Part shown: in pieces, positions 56,976-64,000 of the stretch
How the letters are laid out: each line of letters starts with the position of its first letter
Position numbering within the stretch: position 1 is the stretch's first letter
Assembly: GCA_964016885.1 (NCBI GenBank)
Contig: OZ024741.1
Span: forward strand, 228,780,001 to 228,844,000
Direction of reading: 5' to 3'
Length of the DNA stretch: 64,000 nt
Source: Eledone cirrhosa
Taxonomy: Eukaryota
Made by a program: the position numbers and the translations under genes
Notes under the pieces: generated by a model
Databases searched by the model: none
What the model saw: the letters and a program-made list of their open reading frames with translations, nothing else
Told to the model about the DNA's origin: nothing

Positions 56976-57331
56976 ATATATAGCAAAGCAATTGTGGTAA
57001 GGAACCAAATGGACCATAACGCACCAGAGTCCTCAATACTTAGGGTAGTAGAGTGGGAAATAGGAAAAAGTATGACCCCCACGGCAGAGCTCAAGCCATT
57101 TCGACGGCTATTCCTTTTAGTCAAGAAATAGCCGTCGAAACGGCTTGACTTCTGCCGCTGGGGTCATACTTTTTCCTATGTATATATATATATATATTAT
57201 CAAATGATTCTATGGACATACTTTATAGTATATATATATATATATAGTACGTTATTCCGGGTTGAATCGGAGGTAACCACAGTAAGTAAGGTACTCAATA
57301 CATTGCAGAGTATAAAAGTTTTAATATAGAT

Positions 57332-57384
57332 GAGATTCTACAGGACTAGAACTGTTTCATTCTTTAGAAATCATCAGGAATCTC
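57332..57384 (-). ncRNA. Type I hammerhead (family I)
   Basis: Reverse complement GAGATTC-CTGATGA-TTTCTAAAGAAT-GAAA-CAGTTCTAGTCCTG-TA-GAATCTC. Confidence 0.8.
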
Positions 57385-57387
57385 TCT

Positions 57388-57466
<79 letters not shown>

Positions 57467-57467
57467 C

Positions 57468-57524
<57 letters not shown>

Positions 57525-57563
57525 ATTAAATAAATGGAAACTATATTTATAAAACCATATTTC

Positions 57564-57624
57564 TTTTATTATATATATTTCAAAGGCAACCGATACACCA
57601 TTGGTGCGCTTTCATCAGATAAAA
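57564..57624 (-). ncRNA. Type I hammerhead (family A), intact core
   Basis: Reverse complement TTTTAT-CTGATGA-aagcgcACCaAT...ATcGGT...-GAAA-TATATATA-ATAAAA. Confidence 0.75.
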
Positions 57625-57732
57625 TACAAAGTTTGTTTTATAAATAGAGACGTACCCATGAAAATCATACCTTATCGGTTGGAAATTCACTGTATATATA
57701 TATATATATATATATATACATACATACACACA

Positions 57733-57884
57733 TGGTGGCTGCCAACTCGTTTTCGAGTACGGCCACTACTTTATATCCATGTAGGAGAACCCCCACCGAT
57801 GCGCTGAACGAGTGTGACTTTTTACTCCAGCCAGCGACTTGAAAACTCTGGTATAAACACTACACCTGTGACAATTATTGACAC
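57733..57884 (-). mobile_element. RTE-like 3' end fragment
   Basis: Reverse complement of 2580-2730. Confidence 0.8.
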
Positions 57885-57900
57885 ATACATACATACATTC

Positions 57901-58024
<124 letters not shown>

Positions 58025-58211
58025 TTATTTATTCGTTTTTGTGTGTGCGTGTGTGTTTGTGTGTAAGAATACATCTACATATTTACTATTTGTGTGTATT
58101 TCTTTGCAATACCATCACAACAAAAACAACTATAACAAAACCACATCATCCAAAAGATCATTATTTCATCATCAATGCTGTCTTTTGTCACGCTGTCACA
58201 GACACACACAC

Positions 58212-58242
<31 letters not shown>

Positions 58243-58757
58243 CATACACAAACACACAAACACATACACAGACATACGCACATACACAGACACACACATA
58301 TACATACACACATATATATATATATATAAATATATATATATAAATATATATATATAAATATATATATATTTATATAAGCAGAAGGGATATTCAATTTGTT
58401 GGTAATTCAACAAATATAAATGTTTATAACTGATTCAGAGCACTCGACAAGTTTTCTGGAGTATAATATACAATGATATTAAATAAATGGAAACTATATT
58501 TATAAAACCATATTTATTCTATTATATATATTTCTAGGGTACCAAAACTTTGGTCAGATAAAATACGTAAAATAGCGTAAAATACGTAAAATACGTAAAA
58601 TAGCGTACCAAAGTTTTGGTACCCTTGAAATATATATAATAGAATAAATATGGTTTTATAAATATAGTTTCCATTTATTTAATATCATTGTATATATATT
58701 TATATATATGTGTGTGTGTGTTTATATATATGTATATATATATATGTGGGGTACTCT

Positions 58758-59430
58758 TCAGTGCTACTGGTAACATGTAACCCAGTACAATCTGTCGCAT
58801 GGTCGCAGGGCCGGATTTAGATTTGTGAGGCCTTAACCTATTTGAGATAATGGGGCCCTTTATATGTCCAGATTTCCCATGTCAGCGACAAATTGTCGCC
58901 GTTTTTTGGGTGGGCGCCCTAAGTTATAGCTTGTTTAGCTTATACGTAAATCCCACTCTGCATGATAGGGTCGTCCGCGACTAAACCGTCAACACCACCA
59001 AGTTTACTTGGTGAGGAGGGTGATTTTGGACACTCCGCAGGGCAAAAGACAAAACCTGACAAAGGGCGGAAGAACTCATAAGAGTCAACGGCCATCCAAA
59101 AGTGTGTAAATATGTATATACACATGTGCAGCGCGGTTAAACCACTGGGAGTGAAGGACCCCCTAGACTTTGTCAGGGCATTCTCCTAGGAGAAGTCAAC
59201 TCTGGAAACTGGGATAACTCCGATATAAAACCTGCGGCTCAGTAGTTGAGCTTTTCTTCTTTTCGAGTTATAGCTGCTGTCGCTCAGAGAGTGGGATTGG
59301 CTCAGTGCAGCCTTTCCTCACTTAAAAAAAAATCTTCACGCACAGGCATTAGATAGAATTAATTAATAATTATTAATAATGGTGTATCGTGCAATGGCCT
59401 ATACTCGATAACGAGGGGGCAGCCATCATA
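58758..59430 (+). mobile_element. Internally deleted RTE-like element, relative of 2130-2730
   Basis: Colinear 5' part; 3' end TACTCGATAACGAGGGGGCAGCCATC(AT)n. Confidence 0.65.
58806..58960. mobile_element. hAT-type MITE
   Basis: TIRs CAGGGCCGGATTTA / TAAATCCCACTCTG; 8 bp TSD CATGGTCG/CATGATAG; empty site CATGGTCGGGTCG in the paralog near 2176. Confidence 0.8.
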
Positions 59431-59604
59431 TATCTATATATATATATATATACACATCTATATATATATATATATGTATATACATATATATATATACAGG
59501 GTATCCCAAAACATGTTTACACACTTCAACAGCATTCTAATAAATATTGCCTGTACAGGTAATCAGTCTCTATCTATATATTTCAGTATCTGTATGCATG
59601 CATG

Positions 59605-59653
<49 letters not shown>

Positions 59654-59678
59654 CACACACATATATATATGTGTGTGT

Positions 59679-59712
<34 letters not shown>

Positions 59713-59725
59713 ATACATATATAAA

Positions 59726-59764
<39 letters not shown>

Positions 59765-59888
59765 ATATATATAGTAATAATAATAATAGCAATAATAATA
59801 AATTTGAAGACTAAAATCCGAAGAGGGCTCGAGAAGGATAAATATATATCAAATATATATGAACCGTAAAAGAACCGTAGAGCAAATA

Positions 59889-59941
59889 GAGTTTCAGAAG
59901 ATCCCGTTAAGGGTGAAAGCAGCGATTCTTTGCTTAAACTT
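59889..59941 (+). ncRNA. Hammerhead variant (family C, U4A core)
   Basis: GAGTTT-CAGAAGA-tCCC gttaa GGGt-GAAA-GCA gcgattctt TGC-TT-AAACTT. Confidence 0.65.
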
Positions 59942-59956
59942 TAATCTGTTATTTTA

Positions 59957-59994
<38 letters not shown>

Positions 59995-60220
59995 AATACC
60001 ATTTAATAATTCCTCTAATACAAGTTTCTATGTAAAAATTCTTCAGTCCTCAATTCTCCTTAATCTTCTCCTACATGTCACTCCAACAATCGCTGTATTT
60101 CATTTTACATTAATTTAAACCAATTAAAATAATTTTCGTTCATATATTCTATTATCATTATCAAACATATCCACTAATGTGCGGTGATTTTGTTCTACCT
60201 ATGCATCTTATCTATGCATC

Positions 60221-60272
<52 letters not shown>

Positions 60273-60419
60273 ATATATATATATATCTGTCTATCTATCT
60301 TTCTTTCTTTCTTTTTTTATTTATTTATCTATTTATTTATTTCTATCTACCTTTCTATCTAGCTCTCTACATATCTTTCTTTCTATATACCTATCTTTCT
60401 ATTTATGTATCCTCTCTAT

Positions 60420-60677
60420 ATCAGCCTGTAGGTTGAGGAAAAGGAGGAAGAGAGGAAAGGAGTACAAACTCATCGTACTCCTGGAGATGAGGGTTGCACA
60501 TTTTTTTTTGGGGGGGGGGTATGTGTTACCCATATGAAATGTCTCCCCCTATTTGGACAAAATCGACTAACTTTTAAATTACATTTGTGATAATATTTTA
60601 CACGTTTTTATTGTATGTAAACTTCCCCCTTTGTATTTGTCCCCTTCTTTTGTGCCCCTGTGGCTAATAAAGAAACA
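60420..60677 (+). mobile_element. Probable LINE 3' end inserted in (TATC)n
   Basis: Ends CCCCTGTGGCTAATAAAGAAAC, like the 21597 end; flanked by TATC repeats. Confidence 0.45.
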
Positions 60678-60782
60678 TATCTATCTAACTATATCTATCG
60701 ATCTAACTATATCTATCTATCTATCTTTTTATCTATCTATCTTCGGACTGCTATTAGGGTGTGTGCTTTGTTGTTATCACAT

Positions 60783-60866
<84 letters not shown>

Positions 60867-61058
60867 ATTGTTGATTTTATTGTCCGAAGATAGTGAAACA
60901 TAGAGTTAGATAATTGGTGCCATACCACAGACCAGGATATGTCTTGTCAACACTCTATGGGAAGAAGATTTGATAGGGAGGAAAATATTAAAACACTTTC
61001 ATGTTCAAATTACTACGTCCCAACCAAATCAATCCCAGTTTGTGAGTGTGTGTATGTG

Positions 61059-61103
<45 letters not shown>

Positions 61104-61207
61104 CATTTATTAATATAATGAATATTACTCCACCAAACTGTTGAGTGCTTTATATCAGTTATAAAACTTTTAAGTTTGTTGAATTCCAACAAATTAAATA
61201 TAACCTT

Positions 61208-61254
<47 letters not shown>

Positions 61255-61256
<2 letters not shown>

Positions 61257-62475
61257 TTATTCAGGTTTGAGGCTCACCACTGGATAGAGCTGGTCAATTC
61301 CGTATGGTCAATCTTGATGTAATAATATGGAGAGTACTCAACGTAAAGCAGCTCAACCGTCTTCGTTTGTGTAGTTGGTGGTGCGAGTACGGAGTTAAAT
61401 ATTATAATAAAATAACAGGAGGCTGGACTTGTGTAAATCTTGAAAGGTTTATTATACTATGATCATTTCAATGGCCGGGTTCCGTATGAATACGGTCATC
61501 GATATCATCAGGTATTCGAAATATAATAAATGAATATAACAGATAAAATCCATGGGGCTTAAAATCATAGACCCGAGGACGACCGACCATCTAGCACCTT
61601 CCACTTTAGTCGGTCGCCCTCAAGTGCTGCCCATTCGGCCTACTTAAGGTTATCTGATACGTGGCTGATACGCGGTTAGGATGGCTGGCCGGAGTCTGCA
61701 GTCGCCGCATGCTGTTTGACTGCTAAACAAGGACATAATCTATACTCTACATCCCATTCGGATAACTTATAGAGGATATCTATAATACAATTAAAGTTTC
61801 TTCATAAAAGACTCTTTCTTTAACTAAACCTCGCAACCCAAAACCTTTAAAAAATGTTTAAACTGTTTAATTTTCAATTTTCTAATTTTTTAATTTTATA
61901 ATGTTAATCTTTAATTTTTTTAACTTCATCCTATAAATCTAAACAAAAATTTAACGTCCCAATCTTCTGCTCACACATTATACCATGTAGACCCCCACTA
62001 TATATACCTCTGTTATAATATATACCTCTGTTATGATACGGGTCCTTTAGAATAACTTTTTTCGCAGCAATTCCTGGCCTGACTGTAGCATGACATTAAT
62101 GATGACTTTTTTCCTCTTTCTTTCTGTCTTTTTTCTTGTAGCATAACATTAACGCTGACTTTTCTTCTTCTTCCTTTATGTTTTTCTTCTCTTTGACACT
62201 ATAAGCTTTAGCCCCCTCACCAGATAGCCTTAAGTAGGCCGAATGGGCAGCACTTGAGGGCGACCGGCTAAAGTGGAAGGTGCTAGATGGTCGGTCGTCC
62301 TCGGGTCTATGATTTTCAGCCCCATGGATTTTATCTGTTACATTCATTTATTATATTTCGAATACCTGATGATATCACCGGATTCATACGGAACCCGGTC
62401 ATTGAAATGATCATAGTATAATAAACCTTTCAAGGATTTACACAAGTCCAGCCTCCTGTTATTTTATTATAATTA
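61255..62475. mobile_element. Family E element with ~255 bp inverted arms (61398-61656 and 62221-62475), each carrying a hammerhead
   Basis: Hammerheads at 61454-61515 (-) and 62362-62419 (+): ATAC-CTGATGA...GAAA-TGATCATA-GTAT; tail CGTTGAGTACT on minus at 61333; tail copies at 63451 and 63595. Confidence 0.88.
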
Positions 62476-62508
<33 letters not shown>

Positions 62509-62525
62509 ATATATATATGTATATA

Positions 62526-62718
<193 letters not shown>

Positions 62719-62820
62719 TAAGATGTATGGTAGGTCGTATGTGAATCGCGATGATCACGTCTGACCTACCAAATATGTGACGGTAGCTAGTTAAGCTCTC
62801 TGCGTATACGCAGAGCAGAA

Positions 62821-62895
<75 letters not shown>

Positions 62896-63230
62896 TATAT
62901 ATATAACAACTACACAGCCATTTATAATTTATATTCTCCATATATATATATGTTTTTACATTACTCCGGAGTAAACAGACCAACCTGCGCACTACGTTGA
63001 GTGCTCCATCCTGCATACTGAGGTGTCGGAAAACAACCAACACATAATCAAAATTATATATATATATGTATGTATATATATACATTAGATACAGTTTGAA
63101 ACTGGTTAGATTACTCACCAGAGTACTCGATACTTGGGGTAGAAGAGTATGGTTATATTATAAAGAGTCGGAACCCCGACGGCTGTATTCTTGTCGTTTC
63201 AACAGCTAGTTCCAGTAGTATATATATATA

Positions 63231-63302
<72 letters not shown>

Positions 63303-63501
63303 GAAAACAAAACAAAGGTAGAAGGGTTACCGTAGTAGAGATTTTAATCCCAATATTTCGGGCTCACGCCCATCAACGGGGGAAAAGTTCCAAAAGGGGG
63401 GAAAACAGGCCAAGCGGAGAAAGTGTTGATGTCGTTAAGACAGGAATGCCGAGGTTCACCACTGTATAGAGCTGGTCTATTCCGTATGGTCAATCGTAAT
63501 G

Positions 63502-63589
<88 letters not shown>

Positions 63590-63645
63590 GGTTTGAGGTT
63601 CACCACTGTATAGAGCTGGTCTATTCCGTATGGTCAATCGTAATG

Positions 63646-63698
<53 letters not shown>

Positions 63699-64000
63699 TA
63701 TATATTGAGTTATAAACTCAAACAGTCTTTTACAATTAAATAGCTCAAAGAAAGAGATATTTCTGAGCCGTGAAATACAAATTAATATATGATAAACACT
63801 AATACAAGTATATAAGTGTTTGTATTGCAAATGACCAAGTTAGCTAGATTGAAAAATACTAATTAAATTAATACAGTTTGCCTGTCTCGATTTAAAATAA
63901 TAAATCAATAAAAAAATTCTTAGAATTTTCACTTATTGTTGCGAAACAGATTTGAGTTTTGAAATTTAAATTTGTCCAGGTATCACGGCTATTGCCAATA

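Noticed and set aside
63349-63382. Minus-strand minimal hammerhead relic (GGGC-GTGA-GCCC-GAAA-TATT-GGG)
   Set aside because: Core reads CCGTTGA (two mismatches) and there is a single copy; plausible relic but unsupported

Overview
AT-rich, microsatellite-saturated eukaryotic DNA with no recognisable host exon. The SINE families resemble those of octopod cephalopods (inference). Almost all listed ORFs are translation artefacts of (TA)n, (CA)n or triplet repeats. The real content is mobile DNA: three 5'-truncated Penelope-like (PLE, GIY-YIG) retroelements, a decayed Helitron Rep-Pif1 gene, an R4/Dong-like LINE, RTE and L1/Tx1-like fragments, two tRNA-derived SINE families, two MITEs and several satellites. 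The main signal is a dense population of short non-coding PLE pseudo-LTR (pLTR) modules from roughly ten sequence families, embedded in (TA)n. They share one layout: a type I hammerhead ribozyme (often with palindromic helix III, sometimes with a 70-105 nt expanded domain II or a family-wide variant core), then AATAAA, then a covarying RCUC...UUGAGY stem. Many are folded back into palindromes whose axis lies in or just upstream of the ribozyme. All structures were read by eye and need computational confirmation.
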